This document shows, piece by piece, positions 21,246 to 34,479 of a DNA stretch of 39,641 nt. Within the stretch, counting starts at the first letter, position 1, and each line of letters begins with the position of its first letter. The stretch comes from Catajapyx aquilonaris. Lineage: Eukaryota. Below the pieces are notes generated by a model. That model was not told where the DNA came from. It made no database searches and saw only the letters and a list, made by a program, of their open reading frames with translations. Where the stretch lies: assembly GCA_000934665.2 (NCBI GenBank), contig JYFJ02003600.1, positions 1-39,641 of the forward strand, given 5' to 3'. The translations under genes were made by a program, and so were the position numbers.

Positions 21246-24200
21246 TTCCGGATAAAAGAAATTATATAATTACAAAATGCCAAAAAAAATACGAATTCGC
21301 CTGACACACGTCATCTGCGGAGATGAATGAGGTGATCATCCGAACCTATACAGGCTACGTTTGTAAAGATTTCCTAAACAAAAGCTAGAGTACCAAAGGA
21401 TCTGTTCCCGGATTGATTCTCTCTAGGTTTTGATCATTTTTATTGGAAGATGTTCATAATAATACAGTATACCTCTTAGACGAAACAATGAAACTCACAG
21501 TCAGTGTGAATTATAGTCTACATTTTCTGCAGAAAATTTATAACAAAAACATCCACATTCAACCTCAAGATTAAGGAAAAAATTAGCCGCCAGTTAACCG
21601 TGACCCTAAGCTATAGTCAGTATGTTACATAATTTGCAGGCTCCCATGTCATTCCTCTTTTCACAAGAGTTGGATTTGTGGAATTTCCATAAGAATTTCT
21701 GTGATTTATGCACGGATTTCTAATATTTGTACACGGCGGATTTATGGCTAAGTGTACATTGTATTAATTTATACGTAGCTGTAACCCTCATTTTTGTAAA
21801 AGTTTGGACTCAAGAATGGCAAAAAATCATTCGCGTTGCCTATATCATTAATCACATTTCTTTGGAAATTGGATGAGTAGCCTACTGTTGTGTGTTACAG
21901 ATGATTAAATTAGCCTACAGTAATATTGTTTTTGTACTTTGAAGTGTTCCAATAATTACTTATTAACGCCACAAGTATATATAGTCTAATGATTCTGATC
22001 CACGCTCTCAAAAAATGATTGAAAAAAATTGTCTGACCACTACTTGTTCTCTGTGCCAATTAAAGAGGGATTCCCTACAGACATGTCCCGTTGCAGTAAT
22101 TGGATCCTCGAATTTACCTATATCCTTCCGGAATTCCGCCGAAAAGGAGCAGACACGACCGATAGTAACAGCTCGTGTCGTAGATTTTTCGTTGTTGATA
22201 ATGATATTTGGAATTACATATTCACATTAGGCAAAGTCAGTATAATGACTTGATAATAACGATGAAGTCAAACAGTTTCTGTAATGTTGGTCTGTTTGCA
22301 GAAAAAAAATCACTTTTTCCTTCAATTCCTCTCCAAAACAAACCGGAATGAAACGGGTTTTTCAGATCCAGTGTAAATTTTTGGAACTTCTGCAAAATTC
22401 TCTATCTTACCGGAATAATCGCCGTACAGTACAACATGCCAAGATTTTTTTTTTCATCGGAAAGATATGCTTCCAGTATTCATCCCAAATTGCCGCCTCT
22501 GGCGTAGAAGTTAGGGAATCGAAAGGTATATATGAGGAGTTGGGTGGGCCCTCACTGGAGTACGGATGTCATGTGCATTTGACGACCTGCGAAATTGGCT
22601 TCCTGCTCGGTTAGCATGCCTGATCGAGCACACAGAGAGGGTTCGGAATAGCAATTGTAGTAATGCGATCTGTCATGATTTGGAAACGTTTGAGGTTGGC
22701 AAAATGGCATCAAGGTTCCTCTCTCCAGAACAAACTTGCAGGGCTTCTCATTTCCCAATCCGAAAACGCCTCCCCACGTGCGAGCAAACTAGGATCCACT
22801 TTTCCCTTCCGTCTGACTATCAAACAATCCCACAGGGTGCATCTCTGTGTGTCAAATCAATCTGTTGCAATGGGGAGTTTCTGTCTCTGGAGAAAAAAAA
22901 GGTCGACTGACTCGCAACGAGAGACAACTCGAAACATGGACCTGGGGAGGATGGAAGGTCATGTCCAACATTTTATACTCTGGATGAGATTGCTGGAAAC
23001 TACTCATGATTCTGATATCTGTTGGTGTCATTCTTTATATGGACTGAACGTACCAGACATAGTGTGAAGTAAGTATTTCAAAAACTACATATTATGATAT
23101 CTGAATGAATATAGGATAGTTAGAAAAAATTTATCTGATAAATCATGCACTTATTGCCGCTTTAAATAATCATAGAAAAATATTATTGTCACTTTTGACT
23201 CTACTGTTTCTACCCAGAAAGCCGAAAAGACAATAATGTAGCTAATATTCAAGGGTGAAGACATTTTAATAGGATAATAGTAATTGTAATAGCAGGTTTG
23301 ATTAATCCCTCATGGCCATAATGGCTAAAGTTTAAATCGCTTTTGGCTTCCTCTTTGCCATGGGTTTTCAGTCTTGTTTTTGGGACTTGTTACTCCCTCC
23401 CACTCCTCTCGGATCGTATTTTGTTGACACGGCCCTTCGTTTACGTGCTTAGGATTCAGTGATTCACTGTGTCGCATTGCCCCGTTTGACGCGCTTTTAT
23501 TGAGCCTTCTTCGCCGCATTTTTTTGTGTCGCATCCCACTATTTTTTTGCCAACAAAATTTGTTCCTCTGCGGACGATGTTAGGTCGTTACGTCCTTTTT
23601 TAAAAAAAATAATGTTTGAATCATGTGTTGTTTTTTACCGTCACGGACATTTATTGGCACATTTTTTGTGCATTTGGTGCCAGTTCCGACTTGTTCGTCT
23701 TGTTCTATTTTGGCGTCACGTTTTGCCGCACTTGATTGCAGTGCATTCGGTGTCTGGGCACGGAAAACTATCATTGTGGCCACAGTGTTTCGGTGGATTT
23801 AGGAACAACCGCCAGCTCGTTGAGTCAATTTGCGTCAGTTATATATGACAACTCGGACTTGTTCGTCCAGTTGGCGATTCTCTAGATTTTGCACCTCCTG
23901 TTTCGTTTTCTGTTCCAAGTTTTAAATGCTTCAGCATTAGCTATTCAACACCTTAACCTATTAGGTCAACTGAGCTATTTCTACAAGTATAAGTTACTTT
24001 ATAATAATTATCTACTTGTATATGATACAATTTACTTCACCATCATCATTCTCTTGTTGTTCATATTCTGTAAGCGAATCCAGCCCTCTCTCAACGCTCC
24101 TGTCAATTATCACGTCTTAAAACCGCTGCAGTTAATTAGCCTACTACAAAATTACGTGTTTAAATTCAGTTTAATTTTATCTACCCCTTAGTACCCGCTC

Positions 24201-24398
24201 TAACAGCATAATACAGATAGACGGGAAAGAGTTACTAATGTCTGCTACTGTATACCCTGAGTCTGAGGTATAGCCTAGTATACGATGTATACTCTAAGCG
24301 TCTAAGGCAGTGGTTCCTTAAAATATTTGAGATTACATTATTATATTGATAGTTTATTATCAACATTTTCGTAACACTGATTGAGACGATAATAAATC

Positions 24399-26770
24399 GT
24401 GGGTGAGGTGCGGTGGCCGAGATGGTCGCTTATGGGTGGGCTTGTAGTCCCAGAGGTAAAGATATGAAAATATCAGCAGAAAACTGCATTTTGTGAAAGA
24501 AGCAAACCACTTTGTACACTTGTTCCTGAGACCCATTTGGTTGATTTGGCCCGTATAGTTCCTTTCACTTCATCCCTTAGAACCCGCAAAATTGGGGGTG
24601 GGGTGGGAGGAGGTGCATTTTTCAAAAAAAAAAATGTGCAAAATTGTTACAAAATTGCTGATGTGTGATCTTGGTGTCGATTTCGCATGAACCGGACCCG
24701 CTGAATACGATGACGCTGTTTACAATGTCATCCGAGCAACGGAAGTGACGTCATTTAGTTTATTTAAAAAAATGGCGGCCCAAAATGACCAATGCGTTCG
24801 AAGTGATCCATACCGATGTGAAGGGTGTCGTTTTCGACGTTTTTGATGTCGCTGAGTCACCCTGATAGAAGGCATGTCAAATGGTCTACGCCGCCCTTCA
24901 GTGGGTGATGCCGGGACGATTAGAGCGTGACGACCGCAAATCCTATGTCAAAATTTTGTTGGGTTTTATACGTTGAGGTCATTACTGAAGAAAGGGTACT
25001 GTAGGCCTACTGCAGTTGACAGAATGACCTGTAGGTTTCTTAATCGTCTTGGTCCTCCAAATTATGCCCATTCAGTTGATGGGATGCTCTAAGTCTCCGT
25101 GACTTACAGCATCCTCCGGCTTGCGCCTGCTGCTGGAGGAGAAAGATGAGTATCAAAGGCAATGCAGTATTGATCAGTCCTGGCATTTGCATTAGGAAAA
25201 AGTTGTAAATTACCTTTCATTACTGCATTCACCCTTGAAATTCCTGCAGACCAGAGTGCAAGGTAGCATGCGTATACCTGCGGCAGCAGCAACGCAGAGA
25301 TTCCCATCCTGTGGTACAGGCGCACTTGTCGAATGATCTACAAGCTGCCCATACATCACTGCTCGTGTCGGTGGTATAGCACAATGTGCTATACCACCGA
25401 CACGAGCAGCACTAGTACAGCACCTGAAGAGAGCTGCATATCAGGCTGGACATATCTGGGGCAGAGCCATTGATATTCAGTCTGAACACCCTACCTCCCC
25501 AGATCGTTGGGGGTGGAAGAAAGACAAAGATGCGTGGATACCAGTCTGGAGTTTGCTACGTGATGTATGGACCGCTTGTAGATCACTCGACAAGTGTACC
25601 TGTACCACAGGATGGGAAACTCTGCGTTGCTGCTGCCGCAGGTAGGCCTACATGCTACCTTGCACTCTGGCCTGCAGGAATTGCAAGGGTGAATGCAGTA
25701 ATGAAATGTAATTTACAACTTTTTCCTAATGCAAATGCCAAGACTGATCAATATTGCATTGCCATTGATGCTCATCTTTCTCCTCCAGCAGCAGGCGCAG
25801 GTCGGAGGATGATGCAAGTCACGGAGACTTGGGGCATCCCATCAACTGAATGGGCATAATTTGGAGGACCAAGACGATTAAGAAACCTACAGGCCATTCT
25901 GTCAACTGTAGTACAGTACCCTTTCTTCAGTAATGACCTCAACGTATATAACCGAACAAAATTTTGACAGGATTTGCGGTCATCAAGCTCTAATCGTCCC
26001 GTCATCACCCACCGAAGGGCGACGTAGACCATCTGGAATGCCTTCTATCGTGTTATAGCGTTCTCAGGGTGACTCAGCGACCTCAAAAACGTTGAAAACG
26101 ACACCCTACACATCGGTATGGGTCACTTCGAATGCAAGGGTCATTTTTGGCCGCCATTTAAAAAAATGAACTATATGACGTCACTTCCGTTGCTCGGATG
26201 ACATTTTAAACATCGTCATCGTATTCAGCGGGTCCGATTCATGCGAAATCGACACCAAGATCACACATCAGCGATTTTTTTAAACAATTTTGCACATTTA
26301 TTTAAAAATGCACCCCCTCCCACCCCACCCCCCATTTTGCGGATGAAATGAAATAAAAGGAACTACGGGCCAAATCAACCAAATTGATCTAAGGAACAAG
26401 TGTGCAAAGTGGTTTGCTTCTTTCACAAAATGCAGTTATTTTTGACATACCGCGGGGACTATTGCTGATGGAATGGTCCCGAGTTCGATCCATGCCCGGG
26501 ATTTCCCTTTCGGCTGCGTCAGGAGGGTCTCTGACCCGCGCCTTGCGGAGTTGTCTGGCAACCTAGCCTCCTGGGGGACTGCACATGACCCAGTTTATGA
26601 CATTGCACTCCACCAGTGTCCCCTCCCCAAAAATCCCCATCCCTATACTCCCATGTCCTTTCATCCTTCCATGGAGCTGAAGAAAAAATCAAGAAAATGG
26701 AAAATCTGGTGGTGTTCCACACCCCTAATATAGCAATTATATCTCTCAATGGGGCAAAATAAATAAATAA
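24399..26770 (+). mobile_element. tRNA-derived SINE (copy 1), split by a 2-kb foldback insertion
   Basis: The head at 24399-24444 carries the A box TGGCCGAGATGG and resumes at 26465 with the B box GAGTTCGATCC. The body is similar to 27203-27540 and ends in an (AAAT)n tail. A 10-bp TSD ATAATAAATC lies at 24389-24398 and 26771-26780. Confidence 0.85.
24445..26461. mobile_element. Non-autonomous foldback DNA transposon, Academ-like (2017 bp)
   Basis: Termini TAGTCCC...GGGACTA, a 3-bp TSD TTG (24442-24444 / 26462-26464), and ~900-bp inverted arms (24445-25359 / 25560-26461). TAG...CTA ends, 3-bp TSDs and long TIRs fit animal Academ elements. Confidence 0.8.
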
Positions 26771-27202
26771 ATAATAAATCAAAAATAACTCCTGTAAGAA
26801 AATTGATCATATATTCATGCCTTATTTTACTGTGTGCATTTAAAAAATAGAAAAATATATTTCGCCAAGATCAGAAACCGACACTGCAATTAATTTTCCC
26901 TGCATGGCCCGTATAACATTATCTTTGAAATATGCATTTCACTCTTCCCTGATTGGTAGCTTGCATGCTGAAGTTGTGAAACAGTGGGACATCCCCCTGA
27001 TTTACATTTTACTACATACATACGGTAATCCTATGGTTACCATGAACCGAATCAAAATAAAAAATTATATTAGTCACAAAAATTGGAACCGTATACGATT
27101 CATAATGATAAGTAGCAGCTATAACGTTGGCAGCAGCTGCCCTTATACAGAATAGGAATCATTACACGATTACGTATGAATTACTGTATAATGTCTGGTT
27201 AG

Positions 27203-27540
27203 GGGGAGGTGTAGATGGCTGTGATGGTAACGTCACGGCTTGCTGAGTGAAAGGCCCCAGGTTCGATCCCCGCCTGGGGAACTTTCCTTTCACCTGCGTC
27301 AGGAGGGTCTCTGACCTGCACCAAGGAGGTGTCTGGCAACCTAACCTCCTGGGGAACAGCACATACCCCTTTACCGACATTGCACTTGCGCCAATGTTCC
27401 CTCCCCAAAATTCCCTATCCATACCCTACATCCTTGATTCATTGCACCGGCGAATGAAGTTAATATAGGAAAATGGAGTGAAATGGTGGTATTCCACCCC
27501 CCTAAAAAGGCTCAGCCTTATCACGGGGTAACGTAAAAAA
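27203..27540 (+). mobile_element. Full-length tRNA-derived SINE (copy 2, 338 bp)
   Basis: A box TGGCTGTGATGG, B box GGTTCGATCCC and a short A tail. A 13-bp TSD AATGTCTGGTTAG lies at 27190-27202 and 27541-27553. Confidence 0.9.
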
Positions 27541-27904
27541 AATGTCTGGTTAGAGATAAGGGCCTGACTGATAAAAACAAGCCCAAATGTTTTTGTTGAA
27601 GGAGTGAAAATGTACTAAAATGTGCATCAACTAATACTTCATCCAGACTAAGTAAGACGTAGGTAACGAATCTGGAAAGATCAGGAACTTCATGCCGGAT
27701 TCACTATCTACACTGCTTCTTATTGAAGGGTTCTGTAAGAAAACAATTATGATTAATAACAATTCGTCATGTTACAAGTATATATAAAAGAAGCTAAGGA
27801 CGTAATTGACAAAAATGCAGGAATCTCAGGAAAAAAAGGGAAAAGAAAACAGGAATACAGAAGCTGATTTATTATGAAATGAATAGGCCTATCGGCTAAA
27901 GGGA

Positions 27905-28210
27905 AGTGGTATGTGGGCGTCATCAGGCGTCGGGGCGCGTCGTCGTCGTCGAGACCGGCGCAGTGGGGCCGGCGTGCCTCATTGGCCGGCTTTAATCAAG
28001 AAGCCGCCGCCGATTTGTCTTCAGATTGGAGTCCACAACATCCCATTAAGGCCCGGGGACGCCGCCGAGCCAATCTCATACATAAATTCATGGCCGACTT
28101 CACAACTCCTGAACTTTACTCGCCGAGCTTTTACGCCGATGAAATTTGCCGGCTTACATGCTTATTGATCCCCTCCCAATCCGTCATTCTCGGGAGATCA
28201 TCATCGTAAT
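27905..28210. promoter_or_regulatory. Candidate enhancer downstream of the Mnx gene
   Basis: A CpG-rich island with TTAATCA, CCATTAA, CATAAATTCATGGCC, TTATTGAT and several CCAAT/ATTGG motifs. No TE hallmarks. Confidence 0.35.
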
Positions 28211-30037
28211 AGTGGTCCTAATTTTAGTAAATGGAAGAGAAGGGAAAAGGGGGCCAAAAAGACTATAGTTGTTGTAAAACAGGCCTATACAGTATATTGG
28301 GTAGGAGCTGCTATTTGGCAATGCGGTTGCCAATGGCTCGGAACAGGCTAGAACATGCCATTAAGGGCCTGGCAAATCTCATCTCAACCCCCCTACTTTC
28401 AACCCCCCCTACCCTCTGCTACAGGCCCCCTCAGCTTCTCAGTACACTCCTCATTTGATAGCCGGAAACCCCTCGCCCACCGCCCCCAGCGATATTTTTC
28501 CATATTTGCATATTGAAGCGGGTGCTCGGTTATTTTAATTTCAAAGTAACGAAATGCGGAGGGAACAAGGCCACTTGAAGAAATGAGATCGGCTGTTAAA
28601 TGGGACTGACAAGCAGCGTAATGGAAGCAAAATCATGATTTTGCTCTGGAGGGAAAAGGGAAGTGGAATGGCGGGGAGAGGGTGATGCTGTGCGGCGGAG
28701 GAGGGATAATGGGTTGTGCTCTATTTCTTTAATCAAAGAAACACGTTTTCTCCTTGGCTACACAGTCATTCTATACAAGCGGAGCAAAGTTTGTCAATAA
28801 ATTGTGGGCTGGGTTGACGCCAATGCGAAAGGGTTTTGTCGAATTTTCGAGGCGAATGGAATTGGGAGCTCGAATAAGCACGAGACAAGTTTATTTTTTT
28901 TGAACCGTTTGTTCTATACAAACCTCGATATATTTTTATTTACTTGTAGTGTACTTACGTGCATAACCTTACATTAACGTCTAATTTCATTTCTGCTGAT
29001 AAGGTATGAGAAGGAAAAGTTGCGGATTTTCTTCAGAAAAATGGCTGTTCATATTATTTTACTGTATATTTTTTATATTCGCCATGGTAATTATTTCTAA
29101 ATATACCAAGCATATCAACCAAATGTTGTATTAAAATTTGGAAAATATTTCTTCAGGCAGCTATAGGCAAATTCTGATTCATATCAGGATAAAATTGCGT
29201 TAACATATCGTCTGATTCATTTTTAATGCCTGCAGTTTCCGAGTTAATTGCCAGCCCAAAACACAAAGTATATTCTGCCCAAAGGAGTTTTAGGAATAAC
29301 TGGTGCACTGTTGCAGTTAACTAAAAATACCAGTGCAATTTTAGAAATGACCCTGTAGCCATAACCATTTCAGTTGAGAAAGTGTTCATTAGAAAGTAAT
29401 GAACAGTACGACTGCAGAGATTCTGGAATACGGTTCTCTCTTGAAACTGTATGGAACCATCAGGGAAACATTGAGGTTATAAAACTTTACAAGTCCTTAT
29501 CGGTCCTCCACATCTCTGCTAAAAAGCGTCATGAAGAATCGCAGTTTTTGTAGTGGCATGTCTGGTATGTTCCAACACTAAAGCCAAGTGACTATTTAAC
29601 TTTGAATAGTTCCTTCGGTGGACAGCCTTTTAGGAAAGTTTATGGGGATTCTTTTAACCAGAATGTTATCATCAACTTGCAGTTTTGATTTTTTTTTTTG
29701 TAATTTGCACACAACAATGTGTTATTAGCCTTGTACAATTATTGGTGCTGAGACTTTTTCCCACCTTGATACTGTTTTCTCACAGCATGATAATTATTAC
29801 AAAACGGAGGAAACTTAAAATTTCAGTTGATATAAACGTAATGCAGTAATGCTTAGTGAATGTTAACAGAAATATAAATTGCACATTATGTCCTGGTAAT
29901 GGTACAGTATTTGTTGACATCTGCTTTGTGTTTCGTTAAAGTATTTTTTTTTAAAATTGTGCCTCAGGCGACAACTGAACGCAAGTTAGAGTTACTTTTT
30001 ATTATAGGTTTGTCTGATATCTTGACTTAATATAGTA

Positions 30038-30138
30038 CTATATCGCTCAAAAACATATAGACGATTTTGCATTTGACTCAAGTGCAGCCTGCACTGGAAT
30101 CAAATCCAAAATCGTCTCTATGTTTGTGAGCGATATAG
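30038..30138. mobile_element. Tiny Tc1/mariner-like MITE (101 bp)
   Basis: TA|CTATATCGCTCAAAAACATA...TATGTTTGTGAGCGATATAG|TA; almost wholly palindromic. Confidence 0.8.
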
Positions 30139-31512
30139 TACATATTTATCTACAGGCAGTGGTTGTCATAAGGTTGCAGATATGCAAGTTGTAAATCAGC
30201 TCATTGGTTATTTGTTGCTAACAAAATAATATTTGACTCTGAAAACTGGCAGAAAATCCTCCTTGGCACAAATGACAGGTAGTTTGATCAACGCATGTTT
30301 TATTTAACTTTGATAGGATATTATATATACACAAGAAGCGCGGGTCCACAATAAAGTAATTAACTTCCAAATTGCACATGTTAAGTGTCTGTGTACGAGA
30401 CTGTAAATACATGCATGCAAGTTGTCGGTATATCTTCAACGGAAATGGGTGCCATTTGATTAGGGCCATGAACCAGAAAATGTACACAAATGTCCCTCCT
30501 GTCCGTGGGCGAAAATGACCCTCTTTGGCACTTTTAGATACCTCCACAACACAGGTTTCTAATAATTGCAACAACATAAGTGACTGGTGAAAATATAAAA
30601 AATAAAAAATAAATAACATGCACTCTAAACGGAAAAAAGTTCAGCATTGATTTGCCTTGCGGTACGAAAAGCATTTCTCAGACTGAACAAATACAAAGGA
30701 TTAGAACTTTGGTACACAGTGACTCAGCAAAGGAATTCCCAAAACCTCCTGACGATTATTAAGATGTGGGCTACCACGGGCTCTTTGCTCATTGGGGAGG
30801 AATTTAATCCATCAAGAAAATCCTAGGTTTGTTTTGCTAGACCTCCGTTGAAGTAGCCGGGAAGCTTCTGTGAACCGGCAAATGGCTCGGTTTTCCAGAA
30901 CGATTCCCGACGGGCCCAGAGGCATTACTCTTTCGCGGAATAATAATTCTAGGAGGTTTTAGATGAAGACAGTAACAGATCCCGTGGACTTTTGATATCG
31001 ATCATGTTGTGGTACGGAATTAAGATCTTGAAAATTGAGTTATCAATTAATTTGGGGAGATAATGTGTTTGCCTTTGGGCTCTAAAAAATTCTATATCTA
31101 TCTGTTTACGGTGTGAGCTGTACTTATGTGGTATCTGAAGATAAAGCATTAATACTTTTTTGTACGTGACTGATTTGTACTACATCAATGAATGGTTTGA
31201 AAAGACTGTACCGATTAGGAATTTTGGAATAGTTGGCTCTATTACAGCTACGAAGGTCAGATTGTTTGAGGCTGATAATTATAATTTTATAGTGGTTGTT
31301 ATTTTTATGTGTTATATTGTATTGCGAGGAAGAGTAGGCCTAATCACAATAATTTGAATCTATTGGCAATATCATTTTGTCACCTGTAGTACCCATTGAA
31401 GTAAATAAGACAAAAATTTAAGCTAATACTGTTTTTTCAAGTCACAAGCAATTGATATCAGGAACAAAAATTTAACCATTAACAAATATATTGAAAGTAT
31501 AACTGGTAGGCC

Positions 31513-31582
<70 letters not shown>
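31513..31582. repeat. (TAA)n microsatellite, ~23 copies
   Basis: A perfect run about 290 bp past the Mnx stop codon. Confidence 0.97.
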
Positions 31583-31583
<1 letters not shown>

Positions 31584-31866
31584 TGCAGGTGAATAAAACA
31601 CTACCTATAGTACTTATTTCCAGACAAAAATGCAGTCGTGCTGATTAGCAATTGATTATCAGGTAGATTTCGTGACAAGAAATACGATTGTGGTCCCGTC
31701 GCTCCCCTCCCGAGTGTCCGAAAGTTTTTTTTCTTATTTTAAACCCAAATGGCTTCACCTGTTCCCAAGTGAGCCTTGTCCACCATCCTAAACAGCATTC
31801 CACGGACGCCATATTCAGCTGCAGGGTCGCAACATAGTCCTTTGAAACGTCATGACTGAAACAGGT

Positions 31867-32205
31867 TCAGACCACGTACGGTCTGTAGAGGGCGTCGCCA
31901 GCATCGGAACTCAACTTGGTGGGGTAGATCATAGGGGCACCGACGTCCCCGTTCAGGTAGTTGACCACGTCGTTGTCCAGTCTCGGAGGAGGATCCGCTG
32001 ATGACGGCATGGAAGGTGGACTGGCTGGTGCGCTGGCTTCCGAAGCCGCCATGTCTTCTTCGTCTTTGTCTCGGTCCTTGTCCTTGTCGCCCCCACTTTT
32101 CTTGTCGTCTTTTCTCTTATCGGCTTCTTCCTTCGCCTTAGCTTCCTGCTGGGCCTTCTTGCTGCGCTTCCACTTCATGCGTCTGTTCTGGAACCAGATC
32201 TTTAC
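31867..32205 (-). CDS. Mnx: Mnx/HB9 (exex) homeobox protein, final coding exon
   Basis: Acceptor TTCCCGCAG|GTA is followed by VKIWFQNRRMKWKRSKKAQQEAK...LYRPYVV*. This is homeodomain helix 3 with the Mnx-typical KWKRSKKA. Confidence 0.93.
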   Translation of the reverse strand, partial: VKIWFQNRRMKWKRSKKAQQEAKAKEEADKRKDDKKSGGDKDKDRDKDEEDMAASEASAPASPPSMPSSADPPPRLDNDVVNYLNGDVGAPMIYPTKLSSDAGDALYRPYVV

Positions 32206-32283
32206 CTGCGGGAAGTGAATGTTTGAGTTGTAATTTGATGAAGGAACAAATTGACATTCGGGGGAAGTCTTCTATTAAAATTA

Positions 32284-32550
<267 letters not shown>

Positions 32551-34479
32551 TCATTTGTCCTATTGTTGCTTTTAGTTTATACAATTTCAAAACATTGATG
32601 ATACAACAAAATGGCAGGTTCCAATTTTGTCCAGTTTGTAATTTTTACCCTCATTTTTTTCAATTTTAGATAGGCTGCTTTTTAAGGGAGTTTGGGCCAC
32701 AACGTACAAAAATTACAGGGTGTCATAAATGCACGTGAACCATACGCCGCATTTTAAAACGTAGACGCTGCCATCTAGCTCCTCAATATTACTGGTAGTG
32801 AGTGAAAGTGACTTTACGGAAATTGAATTATGGCAAGTCCAATCGCCAAATGTTCCAAAAATATAACAGAGAGCACTAATACAATTCCCATAGCATTTAC
32901 CTGTAACATTAGAATCTGTGGAATTCGTCCCATATAGACTGCATGTTATCTCCTAATCCGATTGGTAACCTCATCTAACAAGATAAATCAAATCCGAAGA
33001 AGCAAAGAAGAAAGTTCGCTTCGCAACGTGCAGTATAGGCAATTGAGTTTGATGAAATTGTGCCGGTTGGAGAAGCCCCTTCGTGGAATGTAACAGCACG
33101 TATTGCTCTGCTGGAGTAATTAGGTTCATTCGTAGTCATTAACGTAACTAACTCTATTACAATAATCATCAGCTCAAAGGTGAAGAAAACAGGTCATATT
33201 ATAACAAACAAGTCATAGTTGAATAGAGCAAGAACGAAATGAAAACAATAGCAAACATGTGCATATAATATGCGGCAAATATTTTTACCAATACCTATAT
33301 TAATGTCAACCTAAAATTTTGTCAAAAATTTCCACAATGGAATGTGCGGTACAGGGATGTACCACACTTGTTAGCTAAACACATTACATCTGTACAGTAT
33401 ACCTTCCAAGTCACTTATGTCGAGCATAAATGCATATTTAAGCATATACTATATTGCGTCAGAATTCTTTTGTAAAGAGATCCCATTGTACATGTAAGTT
33501 GAAAATATTCTTATCAAATAGGAGAATTTACAGCCTTGACAGAATAGGAAGCAAAATATTTTTGTCTTTATAACATATTCTAAACTGATTTTTCAAAGCA
33601 GCCGGTCTCCCTTTTCAATATTAGCAAAGAAAGTATCTCTTTCATCATTGTACCAACATGGAGAGCCATCGTCAAATAGATTACACGGCGATATCAAGGC
33701 TGGTCGTGGCTGATTGTTCACTCAGAAAGGGCCCTATGCTTGCTTTGGGAACCGCCAGGATACATATAGAGAACCAACCCGATTAGAACTAGACCACTTA
33801 GGCTTGATGTTATTGAAATGGTTGAGTCACCAGAAATGTTTGGTTAGGTTTATTAAGTTACTTTTAAAATTGTACTCCCAACAAATTAGGTACATTACGT
33901 TGATGGCAAAAATGACGCTCTCTGATCTAGAAACGTCCGTGGAAAATATAGGAAGGCGATTTGAAATATGTCAGTAACTGAATCTCGTACAGTACGTATA
34001 TACAGGGTAGTGGGAAAGGTTCGCCCTTCGGAGTGAGGCTTCTTGTATATATCTGTGACGAAATTGCACTAGTTCATTTTCGCAGTTTCATCTTTATTAG
34101 GGTTGCTAATTTTGAATCGCTTTAACAAGATGGTGATAAGGCTCATCCTGCAGGGTAGGCAATCTGCCAAACTTTCCTGTCACATGGAACACCTGACGCG
34201 CAGGATGAACCATTTCACTAGTTTCAGACCCATGTTCAGACCACATTTCAGACAGAACCTGACATGGTGTTTACTGTACATTGAAAGAAACAAGACATAC
34301 TGCATTACGTGGAATCAGTCAAAGTTTTGTCCCTTTTCTTTGTAAATCCCAACTTTTTCGCTTGGGATGGTACAGTGGGTTTCAGCAGGCTTCTCACGCC
34401 ATGCCTTCCATTGAACCCATACACAAAGCCTGGCACACAGGTGATGCAACCGACCGCATCTGTGCTCCCAAACCCAACA

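Noticed and set aside
22015..23067. Coding-like composition with several 70-134 aa ORFs
   Set aside because: It may be a decayed gene or TE fragment, but I recognise no motif; it needs a translated database search.
25104..26032. ORFs within the foldback arms
   Set aside because: They are mirrored copies with stops. Any likeness to a transposase N-terminus is too weak to claim.
27203..27280. tRNA-like head as a tRNA gene
   Set aside because: It has no proper cloverleaf and is attached to a repeat body with a TSD, so it is a SINE.
30218..30619. 133-aa Cys-containing minus-strand ORF
   Set aside because: It begins in a low-complexity T-rich stretch and has no recognisable domain or exon linkage.
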